Shown here: piece after piece, positions 51,191 through 64,000 of the stretch
Layout: each line of letters begins with the position of its first letter
Position numbering within the stretch: position 1 is the stretch's first letter
Assembly: GCA_048013815.1 (NCBI GenBank)
Contig: CM106586.1
Span: 17,236,001 to 17,300,000 of the forward strand
Length of the DNA: 64,000 nucleotides
From: Setoptus koraiensis
Taxonomy: Eukaryota; Animalia; Arthropoda
Direction of reading: 5' to 3'
The notes under the pieces: model-generated
What the model was told of the DNA's origin: nothing
Seen by the model: the letters and a program-made list of their open reading frames with translations, nothing else
The model's database searches: none
Translations under genes and position numbers: made by a program

Positions 51191-52397
51191 TCAAATGTCT
51201 TCTAATGAAGAAATCTATCCAGGACAAAGATGTGTAATCCAAATTTGTGATAAACAAAATGTTGTTCCATTGAATCCTAAGGTAACAACGCTAAACTGAT
51301 AATGAAAATATTCTTCATTTTTGTATCGTCCTCATATTTATCTGAAAAAGTAATCAGCCGTGAGCGTCCCTCGTAAGTTCGATGTTGTGCCAAAATAAAA
51401 TAAATAATAATTTAATTCCCTACCAATTGATGACGGTTTGTTCATTCCTCAATCTAACACTTGATCGTCTGATGTACATATTTATTTGTTCAAGATAGTC
51501 TCATGAACATTGGTCTATTATCTTATGAATAATTCATCTATGAGCGTTGCTGATTTGACATGTCAATTTGTTGAAACTTCTAAAAAGCCATCTAACAACT
51601 TTGAGAGTTATCTACACTTGCTTGGGTCCGGAGATTAATCTACAGCTCCATTCTTATCTTGATTATTATCTGTATCTAGCTTTTAGAGCTAGATTCATTG
51701 CGATCAAAACAAGAAGTGAGTACTGCTACACAGTTAATTGGCATTCAAGCCAGCAACGGACAATGGACTGGCCACAAAAACAAATGTTCATTTCCTAAAA
51801 AAGACGGACCCATATATTCTCACTATCACATTTTTGACTATGACATACATGCAGATAGGAATGAAAGTAGCTGCATTTGTCAAACTATAAATACAGTAGA
51901 ATGTTCGGTTTCAGTTTATTCTTTTTTACGTGACTTGGGTTATGTGCAGACTCACTTTACAGTTAGGTGTTCTCGATAGATCAATCAATGAGCTACAAAA
52001 AAATGAGAAATTAATTGATTGATAACAATCCTTGCTAGTGTTCAAAGCCGACAATCTCACAAGCTACTTTCTAAATATACCCAGATATTCTTTATTTCTA
52101 TCTGGATAGCCGTATTCCAAATCTTTGTTTGTGTACTACGGAACTACGTAGTCTATTCTTGGTAAACTGTGACAAAATTCCGTCTATTTTTATGGCTCTC
52201 TTTTTAAGATCGTGGCTATAAAATGCTGTATATTAATGTGATCAGTCAGGAATCCATTGTTAGTCGGATCAAGTTGATATCTGATCAAATCATCATGTAT
52301 CAACTTGAAACATTGATCTGATGTATCAGACTTAAAGACTGTGATTTTAAAGAAATTAAGATAAAAGAATAATCGAGTGAAACTCATTTATCAAACG

Positions 52398-54808
52398 ATG
52401 AAGCGCGCCAGAGTTTCATCCGGCACCGTGGCGAAATGTCTGATAATTGTCGATTGTTTGCTGCTGTGGTCAATCAATACGTCAGCGAGTCACGAAATAA
52501 GTTCGAAAGACTGGCAAATCATCGAGGAGGCCCGAAAATCGGTTATTAATACCAATACAATAATTCATGAAGCTGACGACGATTGCTATGATAGACTAAG
52601 ATTGCCAAATCACGTCATACCCATGCATTATAACGTGGCTATTGAGCCAGAAATAAGAGACTTCACATTTAACAGTGCAATAACTATAGATGTTGAGGTC
52701 GATCTAGAAAAAAACGGGGACGGAGAGACACATTCGAACAACAAAATTGTGTTGCATTCGCTGGGATTGGATATCTTGCACGCTTTCTATGCCACCGACA
52801 ATGTTGAGATACTAGAGGTGGAAAAAGTCTGTCAGAGTCCAAAGTTTCAAGTAGTTCGGCTAGATTTACGATCGAATCTACCCAATGGGAAGGGAAGACT
52901 GAGCATCAAATACAGGGGCGAAATTCGCGATGACATGACGGGATTCTACAGAAGCAAATATACAAGTGTCAATGGCGAGACGAGATATTATGCAACAACA
53001 GATTTCGAGCCTACTAATGCCCGCAGAGCATTGCCTTGTTTCGATGAGCCAGCTTTCAAGGCCACTTTTGATGTGGTTTTGATAGTACCAAGCGACCGTC
53101 TTGCCCTGTCGAAGATGCATGTCAAATCAGAGCATTATCTTGGCGACAAGAAGGCTGTTTCGTTTGCAACGACACCCAAGATGTCAACGCAAAGCAATGG
53201 AGTTCATTAGTGGTAAACCAATCAAAGAGATGATGCAATCATGGACAAATCAAGCGGGCTATCCCTTCTTGGATGTATCGATTCCGGAGAAAATCTCAGA
53301 TGAAAATAAGCTCGCCATCAGTTTGGATATAGTTCAAAATAAATTCACAGATGGTCTCATGGAACCTGCTCATAAATGGAAAAATTATCTATTCGGAACT
53401 AATAAAGTTGAATCCGAATGGATTGTGCCTATTACACTCATTACGAGCTACGGAAAATCACATTCAACACAGAAGGGTGTTTTATCAGAGAAAAAATCCA
53501 AAATTCATGTTGATCAGCCAGGAGAATGGATAAAATTGAACGCGAATTTCAAAGGTTTCTATTCTGTTAACTATTCGAAAAAATTGAGAGAGGCTCTTTA
53601 TCCAGCCATAGAGTCTAAGCAGTTATCTGCAATGGATAGATACAATCTACTTGCCGATGCTCATGTTTTAACTTTGGCAGGTAAATTGTCAGCGAGAGAG
53701 TTGTTGCAAATGACCCGCTTTTATAAAGGAGAAGACAATGGTTCGGTGGCAACGAAGTTGATTGATGTCTATCTAAATATGCTAGGCTTTGTTAAGTCAA
53801 CAAATTCCCGAATAGAATTCAAAGAGTTTGGCAGACAACTTTTCGAAAGTATCTATTATCGGTTTGGTTGGGATGTAAAACCCGGTGAAGCTTATACAAC
53901 AACCATATCAAGGCCACTCATACTTAAGACTTGCCTTATTATTGAATACGAGTCAGCAATAGAGAAGAGTCTCGAGAATTTGAACTCATTCTTCACGACG
54001 AACGATTAGTCGATCCAACCATCAGGGGGGCTATCTATTATGCTGTGACACGATTTGGCGCCGACGATCAATTCGACACCTTATTTGAACTGTACAAAAA
54101 GACAGATTTAAACGGGGCACAACAATCATTGGTGCTAGCCCTATGTCAAGTCGAAGAAAGATCAAGAGCTAATAAAGTGATACAATGGATACTGGATAGT
54201 AGTGATATTCGCGACAGTGATAGGCATTGGTACCTAAGATATATGGCTGCATCAGATGTGGGTCGAAAAATACTGTGGGACATAATGGATAATAAGTTCA
54301 CTGAATTGTCTGATCGATTTGGCATGAATATCTTCATAAGAATAATCAAGGTAGGTTGCAAGGGGCGAAATTAACGAGCTAGCCACAACTCTCACTCGTC
54401 TGGGAAACAACTCATCTGAGTCTAGATGACTGTCGCGATTATTGTGCTTGTTGCAGCACATATTACCCTTGATCTAACTATTTCTGCTCTTATACTTATT
54501 TTCGTTATTGACAGGACGTTGGATCATCACTTATAAAGTCGTATTCAGAAAAAGAAGCGACTAAAAAGGTATATGATTTCTTCATGGGTCATTATTCTCG
54601 GCTCAAATTTTACACAGGACTTAGATCTTCCATGATTTCAGATTTCAAAGTGCATGCCACGCAAGAAATTCTTATCTCAAAATCTATTGAACAATTCTTA
54701 CATGGGGATACGGATGAACCAAATGATTCAAAAGGAGGAATCAATGAATTGGAAGAACATCAGCAAGGAGAATCTATTGAACAACTCCCACGAGAAGAGA
54801 TAATGTGA
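52398..54808 (+). pseudogene. M1-family (puromycin-sensitive/aminopeptidase N-like) aminopeptidase lacking its catalytic domain, with two frameshifts
   Basis: The N-terminal domain (RLPNHVIP, GFYRSKY, FEPTNARRALPCFDEPAFKATF, TPKMST) runs to 53189. It jumps out of frame at 53191 to KAMEFISGKPIKEMMQSWTNQAGYP, which normally follows the catalytic domain. No GAMEN or HEXXH is present. A second frameshift lies at ~53970-53978. GT-AG intron 54351-54514; last exon 54515-54808. Hydrophobic N-terminal signal/anchor. Confidence 0.8.
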
Positions 54809-55445
54809 AGACAAATGCGGAAGTCGGATTCAAAGTTGACGGACACGTTAATGATATCAAAACCGAACCAGCCTCTGGCGTCTAGATGACGATTGGAATG
54901 ACATAGATGCTATCGTCAGGCTAAGAGAGAATTTGAATAAAACAAAAAAAATCGATAATTTCATCAGGTAGTTGTCGATGCTGAGTTTATCTAACTTGAT
55001 TTCCGATTACTTTATTGATACTTTGAAATGGACTAGACGGGATTTTTTTTTCGTTATTTTCTTTCTGCCCTGGAAATGGACCTTCAGGTTTCCAAATTAA
55101 AACCACAGGTTCCCGAGTGAGCGAAAAAAGTAATGATTGGGGGAGTTGGGTAAGTCACCTTCCCTCCCCGTTACAGACCCGAAAGGCTGAGTAGAGTATT
55201 ACAGATGGTCATCGAAATGGTTATCTCGGTTATATCGGAAACCTGATATTGTAGAAGTGCATAAATATCTGGTTCCTAAGATAACCTAGGTTCCGCGTTG
55301 GAATTGTTTCTCCAAACCCGTCGACGGATTGCTGTCGCTGGGGTATTTTTTTGGTTGGTTGATTTTCAGCGCTCAATCTCAAAGGGTATCTTTTGAGTTA
55401 GGGATGATGGATGAACTATTAGCACTGCTAAAGATTGAAACTTTG

Positions 55446-57713
55446 TTATTTATATTGTAACAACAATACTATTCCCGAACCAATCCATCCAATCAGCTAT
55501 GGAATAAAGGTTGCGTTGACGTGAATATCGAAGAATACAAATTCGAGATCTCAAAGGAGATTTAACTTGCGACTTTTCCTCTTTCATGGTATACTTACCA
55601 CTGGTATATTTCCAAAAGTCAGGGGGCTTGTGACGAAGATAAAAAGCGCCACATTTCGGATATCATTTAGATCCTCTTCGATCGACAACAATCGTTGGAG
55701 ATCCCAGCTAGTCATGAGAGAATTATAGGTTATGAGATTCTGTATGCCATGATAGATGGCCCCAAACTGGAAACATGATCAGATAGATGTGAAATAGAGA
55801 TGAAATACCTGATGTTAGTTATGGTCAGTAGGCAACAAGAGGCATCGGGAAATAAGAGGAGTAAGCAGACGTCCTCAAACCCTTCAGTTTGCTCATATAT
55901 CACCATAGCCTGACCTACAGGTTGCCTCTCGAAACATGTTCCATTATCATGGAGGGAAGTTGTAGGCTGACTCGAGATGAAACCAGAGAAAACGAGATAG
56001 CGTGTAACATATTAGGCTATATGGGTGAGATGACCAACGGTAATAAATTTGCGCTCATCGCTGGGTTACAAAAGATAGGGTCACAGTTAAAGGCAAACAA
56101 ATGACTCATATCATGATGATTACCTTAGAATGGACGAGAGCGGGATAATAACTGAGGACGCAGATGGGGGCCAGATATACTTGCAACAGAAGACAAAGTA
56201 TTCCGACTTCTACAACTCTCAGGTCCGGATTCGCAATTGTAGACAGAGTTAATATAACACATGGCGTCTTGAAAAGAAATTCCAAGTTCATGTCAAGTGT
56301 AAAACGTCGCTTTAGATAATCAAAGTCTGAGCGAAGCTCCATAATCATTCTGATGAGTCTATCTATTTCTTCGGATGGGCCACTCCATGTCAAATTTGTC
56401 TCTTGTTCGTTGATAGTTGAACTAACTAATAGACTTGGTTGGTGCTGGACAGCGGGCCCTTGTTTGCTGATATCATTGTCTCGGGCAGTTTGAAATATTC
56501 TGTTCGTGTTTCTCTTTCTTAAGTACGTTATGCGGTCGCTCAAAATGCGGTTGGACCGATACCGTTCAATTAGCTGCGAGAGGAAATCGAGCGTATGCAT
56601 AGCTTTGCTGTAGCAGACTCCACAGTGGAGATTAGAGAGTGCAAACTCAACAAAATGACACACCAAGATTGCAACCCCGAAACACAAAGACAAATACGGG
56701 CCAAGACCTTGCTTGACGAATAATAACATTGAATCGTCACAATAATGAAACTCAATCATAAAAGATATTACTGCAGCTGGTATGGCGATCCCTACTATAC
56801 ACACGAATGTTCCTAGATAACCCCAGGTCCCGGCCTTCACCGTCGCCAAATTCATTATATGGGGTGATCCGTTTACAAGAAGTTGTTTTGGGAATTTCAA
56901 CTGATAATTGATTTCTCGAAATTCATAGTCGTAATCGAACAAATATTCCTTGCAATCCGTTTGTGCCGCAACTTTGGGGACCATATAAGACAATCCACGA
57001 TAGCGGACATCAAAACGTCCACGTTCATTATGATTTGCACTGAGTAATCGATCTGGATACTCTGCATTTGACGATGAGGCAGCCGGACACTGGAGCTCGC
57101 ATTGCTGAGCCTTGCGGCCGATTCTCTCACGATGAACCTTATCTTTGCATTGAACTCTATCCGTGAGCCCAAAGATATAGAGCCAACCTCTGGCAGTTAA
57201 TGACAGATTGTGCAAGTATGTCAGGCTCAGATCGTTGTGATCGCGCCCGGTTTCTATTCCCATGTCTGCGACGATGTTCACTATGCGAAATAGGTACAAT
57301 TCTGTATAAAGTATGGCACCAACTTTGTGCATTGTCCTAGAGAAGCTATCAACATAAGGAGTGAAACATTCGTCCAACAAATGCTTATCTCTAAGTGTAG
57401 CGATGAGACTATCGCTTCCAAAAGCGTACACCATCATTTCTGCTATGACCAAAAGTCCAAAAAGTAAGTCGACCACTACCCATATAAGATATCTCGGTTT
57501 TCGGTGTCTGTTCTTCAGAAAAATGGCCACGCGAGCCCGTATTCCACCGAGCAGTGTTCTTTCCTCTGGCCCCAGCTCGTGACAAATATCCGACTGGTTT
57601 ACATGTGCTGCTCTTTCTTCTTCATCGTCGGGCAGCACAAGATTTGCTGAACCGTGCATGTAAATGATAATTAAAGTTGTAATCCGAAATATATTGAACT
57701 TGATCGAATCCAT
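55446..57713 (-). CDS. Gustatory receptor-like 7TM ion-channel-superfamily chemoreceptor, three exons, ~602 aa
   Basis: Exons 57713-56124, 55766-55599 (FGAIYHGIQNLITYNSLMTSWDLQRLLSIEEDLNDIRNVALFIFVTSPLTFGNIPV) and 55496-55446 (LIGWIGSGIVLLLQYK*). Both introns are phase-0 GT-AG. The terminal hhhhhQY motif and 3' phase-0 introns are typical of arthropod GRs. Several hydrophobic helices in exon 1. Start codon uncertain. Confidence 0.75.
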
Positions 57714-58236
57714 ATCAATAATATCCACTCCCACACAATATGAACGATAAAGACAATGTTGCAAATATTTTTACAATTTGAGGCCGTTCAAATCTATTAC
57801 TTCGCTTTCCATTTTATTTCCACTATACTCTGTAAATTTTCACCTCGAGTTGTTAGACTGTCTCTAATCGAGTTACACTTTACTCGATACATTCCACCTC
57901 TTGAATCAAACACATCTAAATATAATCTAGAAATCTCGTCGAGATAAATACTGGAATTGCGCTTCACGGACCATAAATTCGCTGCCTTATAATCTCGTGA
58001 ATTCGAGGTTCTTGTGTGTGTTGAAGCCATCTTGATCTTTCCCTCCGACGTGTATAAGCTCTTGCTGATTCGATTAACAACACGTCGATGTGGTTCCCGG
58101 TGCAAACACAAAAACAACTATTATTGATAGCCGTCTCTTGACAGTCTAACCACGTTATGTATACTTCTCATTACTATCCTATCGAGAAATATCCTATACT
58201 TGTGACATTGTACACTGGCAAAATGGACTCTGATGT

Positions 58237-58274
58237 TTGCACGGAATCTCTTGCACGGAATCTCTTGCACGGAA
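58237..58274. repeat. 14-bp tandem repeat TTGCACGGAATCTC x2.7
   Basis: Read directly. Confidence 0.85.
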
Positions 58275-59349
58275 GTTCGGATAATCCATATCTGAATATC
58301 TGAACTTGAGAGCTCGAAAACTCTACAACAATCACAGGCAGTCATTCGCATCTCGAAGACAGAAATTGGTTATTGCACCGTCTCTTTTTATTTAAAATAA
58401 AAAGAGATCGCCTAGACTCCCTAAGATATCAGTGTCTGATGGTTGCGGCTCATTATTAGTGTCCCAAACTCAACCGAAGCGTCACTTGATCAACTAGCAA
58501 TCTATTCAGGATGTCGAGTATCATCCATTTAACATTTTTTGGCTCTTGATCTCCAAGAATACTATCGACTGATTAATTTAACCATTACTTGAAGGTATCG
58601 CGGCTTGGGTGCACTATGTTCCACGTCGCGGTTAAGTTCGGAAACGCTTCGAGAAATTCTACCTCACTATCAAAATCTCAACTTTCCTATAGATTGAGAA
58701 TCCAGCTGGCGGGAAAAATAGTGGGGGTGATCCTATCTATATTCGTCAAACGAAAAAACTGAACTCAATGACCCAGCTTACTGACTGAAAATACGTCATG
58801 CACCAGCGCGAATCTATTAGAATTTTATTGTTTTACATCTGTTCTCTTGAACTGATCAATCAAATCTTCAGACCCCATAGAAGCTATCCAAGCTACATTT
58901 GACTCGTATCGGAATGCAGCGGTTGGAAAAAAAACTTTTTCAGCAATGAAGTAGTTCCCGTTCTATACATGAAAAATGCACGGATAACCGTACTCTTCGA
59001 CATATTCAGATAGATTGTATTTGTGAAGTTGTATCCATGACTAGTCTAGCCAATCGCGTTCGTTTGATGCAAAGTTGATCGTGTCGCCACCGCATTCCAA
59101 AATAACACCGGTAGAGGAACCAGTGGACTGTCAATGTTACAATTGTTGGCAACTACTAATTATCAGTATTACTTCCTGAAAGGATGGAGCTCAACAGCTA
59201 ATCTGAGGGTCACAAATGAGAAACACACAGAAAAAAAAACAACAAGCATATCTTGTCCAGTATTGTAATGACCAGTTATGATTTTAATAAAATATTCGGC
59301 GCAAACAAAGAGGGATTACATGAGGAATTTCGATTTTGATGCATTTCCA

Positions 59350-60555
59350 TCAGAAATCAATCAATTTCTTGGCTGCCTCGTAGCATCTCCATTTATCTGG
59401 GGCGTAGAACTGCTCAAATACATGGGCCACCGGTACATCGTAGCCAGTTACTCTCATTACGGGCGCATTGAGTGTGAGGAAACATTGTTCATTGATCACT
59501 GCCGCCAATTCAGCCCCGAAACCGCCCGTTTTGGGCGCCTCGTGTGACACTAAACATCGGCCCGTCTTTCTCACCGATTCTAGCACAGTGTCCCTGTCCC
59601 AGGGTAGAATTGTTTGCAAATCAATAATCTCGCACGAGATATTGTTTCGCTCCAGAAGAAGCTTGCTGGCCTCCAGAAGAACCGACACCTGAGCGCCCCA
59701 GCCAATCATGGTGATATCTGTGCCCGATTGAACAACGTCAGCTTGCGTTAGTGGAATCTCGTAATACTCATCTGGCACCTCATCCACAGAGGAACGATAC
59801 AGTATTTTGGGCTCAAAAAACAAGCACGGATTGTTGTCCCTAATACAGCTGAGCAACAGTCCCTTGGCTTGATACGGTCCTCTTGGTATGACGATCTTTA
59901 GGCCGGAACAGTGCGCAAAGAAGGCCTCATTGCTTTGCGAATGATACAGGGCACCGTGGCCCACGAGGCCAGCCGGAGCCCTGATGGTTAGTTTGCCGCA
60001 GTCAAATTGATTGCCCGATCTGAAACGAAATTTGGCGGCCTCATTGACAATTTGATCGAAAGCGGGCAATATGTAATCGGCAAATTGTATCTCGGCAATA
60101 GCAGTGGAACCAGCACACGCTGCCCCAATACCGAAACCCACTATACCTTGTTCGCACAATGGCGTATTGAAAACTCTCTCTTTGCCATATTTATCTTGTA
60201 GGCCAACGGTGCAACGGAATACGCCACCGAAGGCCACGTCCTCGCCAAAAACTATGGCACTGGAATCTTGTTCCATGATTAAATGAAGAGCATTATTGAT
60301 GGCTTGCATCATGTTCAGACTCGTGGTAGTTTTTAATTGGTTTTCGCAGGCTATAGAATTCACATTTCTATTTTGTGTCGTCGATGGGCCTCTACTTCTC
60401 CTCTGTACGAATAATTGCTTGGTTCTGTGGTCTAATAGGCGTGCATTGTCCGATTTAGATAGAGTTGACAGAGCTCGGCATAGGATAATATGGTTTGGGT
60501 GACTATCTATGATGTTTTTGGCAATGATAGACATCAAGAATCCCGTTGGTTTCAT
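59350..60555 (-). CDS. BCKDHB: Branched-chain alpha-keto acid dehydrogenase E1 beta subunit, mitochondrial (401 aa from ATG 60555)
   Basis: [106 protein letters not shown] and a basic N-terminal presequence; intronless. Confidence 0.97.
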   Translation of the reverse strand: MKPTGFLMSIIAKNIIDSHPNHIILCRALSTLSKSDNARLLDHRTKQLFVQRRSRGPSTTQNRNVNSIACENQLKTTTSLNMMQAINNALHLIMEQDSSAIVFGEDVAFGGVFRCTVGLQDKYGKERVFNTPLCEQGIVGFGIGAACAGSTAIAEIQFADYILPAFDQIVNEAAKFRFRSGNQFDCGKLTIRAPAGLVGHGALYHSQSNEAFFAHCSGLKIVIPRGPYQAKGLLLSCIRDNNPCLFFEPKILYRSSVDEVPDEYYEIPLTQADVVQSGTDITMIGWGAQVSVLLEASKLLLERNNISCEIIDLQTILPWDRDTVLESVRKTGRCLVSHEAPKTGGFGAELAAVINEQCFLTLNAPVMRVTGYDVPVAHVFEQFYAPDKWRCYEAAKKLIDF

Positions 60556-63500
60556 GTTGGTCTGATGGAACAGATGTCTCTCTGTAATTCCTGGTAGCCG
60601 AATAACGAGGAGAGATGGGAAAACTTTGAGATACAAACCAAAAACAAAAGATCACACGCTGTCCACGGGTAATTCGATTAATAGGACTGATAGAATGTTA
60701 GAGATCACTGGTAGGCTAAAATGGAGCTGGCCAGAGGAAACTTGTCGATGCTAGTTGGCACATGTATACGGCACAAAGAAGGGTCACTCTATCTGGTGGC
60801 GACGATTGACACCTTGATTATAATGTAGAAGATAGGAATCAGTATTATTCAACAACAACAAAATAATAATTATTATCAGCGAGTAGCAGCTAGGCTGTTG
60901 CTTTCAATAAGACATCGCTATCGACGTGTAACATAGTACTAATCGACCATGTCGATAGTAAATAAATTCAACAGCGATGAACCGTCCCGATGGCTTGCCA
61001 GCTTGTGTATACATAATGATGTATACATAACATGGGCGTAAGATCATAAATTAGATAGTAACACTCTTAAACTGATGTATGATTGGCAAGGCAGACATGG
61101 GTAACATTACATACAGACTTGGGGTAGTAATAGTACGCCAGTGTTCAGCCTGTTCAAAACCCGAAGACCATTGTCACGCTTGTTTTTATCCTTCCGTTTT
61201 TGGGATAATCTGGTTGATTCTGTGTAAACGGCCACCTTGTCCTCTTAGCCGATCATAAGTATCCCAATTAAAATGTTTACATACCCTCGCATACCTTAAT
61301 TTGTACAACCGCCATCATACACTGCCAACTAAACGTCTCTATCAGCTGTCTATCTCGCAACCTTAACTTCTACTAACAATATTGTAAGATTTTGGCAAGC
61401 TCGATGGCAACTCGTGCAGTTTCACCAGTGAAGCACACGCCAATGCTAAACACTGTTGCCATCACAAGTCTGCTCAACGTGACTATCGGTAGACAAGGAT
61501 CAGCGCGTTTTGGACATGTTGATGTCGTCGTCTTTGGTCTTTCTCTGTGGCAGCCTATTTACCTCATTTTATATCCTCTATGACTTTACTACTGTTGAAA
61601 CAGATTTACTCGTCAACAAAAAAATCAGTTAATTGATTGGTTCTTGCGGGGCCACAACGATCCAAGATGAATCTGTTTCATCCCCGACTAACTACAGTTC
61701 GTACGTGCGATCGTAAAACTCGCTCGTAAGCAGCATGCTGTTTACGTCAATCAAAACTGTTTTTAGTTATACACGAGGTATTGGCGAAACTCAGGCACAT
61801 GGCCTATCATTGTAACCTTGATGACCATTGTCCACCCCTGATGGGGTTGTTGTTGGATGTCTGCCGGAGTACCGGTATAAACAAAACAACAGTCAGTCTT
61901 CCATTCCTCATACAACTAGAGGTGAAATTGAATAAAACCGAAAATAGTCTCTATGGTCTTTTATCCATATTGACTTTTATTCTGATAATAGCGGTGATTT
62001 ATGGGTGTAAGTCATCATCGAGGGTGGCTTCAATGAATTTAGTGGAAAGTGTAATTTGAGACGACATATACTGCGCCCAAATTAGCAGTATTTACATATG
62101 TAGTATGTTGATGTTTATACAGCTATAACTTTCTACCATTGCACTTTATGATGATGTAAGAACATGGCCGCTCAGGTGCTCCGTTTTTGACAACAACACG
62201 ATAAATAGTTTAGTAATAAGCCAACAGCATAGGCCGTAGTGAATTAGTTAACATATACTGCGCTGGTTTATACTGTGTGTGCACTGGCGGTGCAAACAAG
62301 TCTCGTGGATGATCGCATGACCGACTGCAGCAAGCGAGCTTATCTATTGTAGATCAATGTGATCGACAAAACAAGAAACTCCGAGTAGTGAGTGTGAACC
62401 TTCAATCGCAGATCAGATGTTGACGACAGATACTGTGATTTACACTGATGGCACTATTAATAGAACCTCAAATGTATCATCAAAACTATGCTCGCCGGTA
62501 CCGTCAACAACTTGATCAGATTATTCCATTGTTTGATGCCACATACACACATACATATGTTTTCCCTAGACCACGATAAACAGCTAACTTTAAGCAATGA
62601 TGGCAGCTAACTGGGGAAAATCTGAGCAATAGTTGCGCCATAAGTGATAATAAGTAACAATGGCAGCAAGTTATAGCTTGAAAACTAGACCTGAGTGGCA
62701 GAATACCGTAAACAGGTTCACTGTATGCGTTGAAATATCCTCGGTGTTGGTTTTGGTAATTGAGCGCATCGATTTCGATGGTCATTGATACTTGTAATCT
62801 GTCTATCATACTCCTGCATTGCCCCTGTCGATAGCTTGGCGAGATCAGCCAGGTCGAATTTCGGCACATGCATACTGTGTGCGGATCCGTCACGTGACGA
62901 CTCATTTGAGGCACGTCAAGCGCCAATCGGTAGTCGAATCTCCCCTGGTTGATGCTAATTGTGGGTGAATCATAGTGGGCATGTTGATGCTCACAATTAG
63001 TCAGGGCTCTGAAATTCCTCTGTCAATTGTGATGGAGGGGGGGGGCGGCATCAAATGGTAATGATAATCCCAACGACGACAAGACTGTTTACTCATGCCA
63101 TCGCTCGGCAGACTTGTAAAGACTCGCTCACACAAACACATGTTACATGTGAGCTTCGTTGGTTTGGGCAGCGAAGTGAAATCTGCTTATATTCTCAGGA
63201 CAGTGGTAGAGCGTTGAGAAGATTAGTGTGACAATTTCCACTAGTTTAGGTTGTTTACTTGTTGGGCCGGCTCGGCTGTGAGCGTTAGACACTTGATATT
63301 CCTTGGCTTGTGGCGATGGCAGTAAATAAGTTTTAACTTTAAGGTAAATATCTAGTTTTATCACGGCAGCTGCCTTACTGTATACAAATCAGCACCAACT
63401 GTATGATGAATAGCAACAATAAAGGACAAAGATTAATAAAGCGGCAGTACAACAGTGTGTCCGTAAAGTTACGCGTAACAGTAAGCGACTCGGGCAGGCC

Positions 63501-63839
63501 AACCGTCGGGCTAATGTATTCTGGCCACCGACGACTCGCAAAGGCTGACGCTCATTTGGTGCACTATAGTAATGGTACACACTGTGCTGTAACTCAACTG
63601 ATTTGTTAGCACTGTGGAAGTCGCAAAGAACAGCACACTCTGCACGCACGTAATTTATTTGCTTGTGCAACCAAAAGCTAGCTCCCTGTGCCGAGCCGTA
63701 TATATTGTTTCGGTAAATAAGGCCCAACGAGTGTGCACAAAAGGCGTTTTGTGCCGGCGTACAAGCGTGCGCGCCCGCCTAGCCCCTGTTGTGCGAAAAT
63801 TCTCTCGCAAACATGTCATTTTCGACACCCAATATAAGC

Positions 63840-63871
<32 letters not shown>

Positions 63872-64000
63872 ACAACTACATTGTAGCACCGATTTGTTTG
63901 TCGCATTCCATGATGAATGCCCATGTATCTCGAACCTCTCTTTACAATTTGCTGCTGATTGCGTCGCGCTTTTCTCCCCACAGCACACAGTATACGGTGT

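Noticed and set aside
55591-55604. ATACTTACC resembling the U1 snRNA 5' end
   Set aside because: It is simply the reverse complement of the GR exon-2 splice donor (GTG|GTAAGTAT).
61392-63988. Short ORFs at the right end of the window
   Set aside because: No homology or coding signature; the sequence looks intronic or intergenic, with (GT)n repeats.

Overview
Eukaryotic (arthropod) genomic DNA. A compact-genome mite is my inference from a gustatory-receptor gene, intron-poor genes and very Q/N-rich proteins; the species cannot be determined here. Layout: (1) 1-5.2 kb is GC-rich non-coding DNA with minisatellites. (2) 5.2-15.5 kb is an AT-rich island holding a tandem array of seven intronless + strand paralogs (G1-G7, 188-198 aa) plus one decayed 5' relic. 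Each encodes a signal peptide and a six-cysteine mature domain with a CxC[YH]xxQHS motif that I cannot assign to any known family. The array shows a chimeric gene, swapped promoters and N-termini, shared upstream and 3' motifs, hAT-type insertions, and mature domains diverging faster than their flanks. It is the main candidate for an undescribed system: a rapidly evolving secreted, possibly salivary/effector, family. (3) 16.6-25.6 kb is GC- and palindrome-rich non-coding DNA. (4) 25.7-51.2 kb is a six-exon teneurin gene with an unusual architecture: ~1,260-aa intracellular domain, only three EGF repeats found, and a stop near the start of the YD shell. (5) 52.4-54.8 kb is an M1 aminopeptidase lacking its whole catalytic domain and carrying two frameshifts. 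(6) 55.4-57.7 kb is a three-exon gustatory-receptor-like gene on the - strand. (7) 59.3-60.6 kb is an intronless BCKDHB on the - strand. All alignments and counts were made by hand; no database searches were run.
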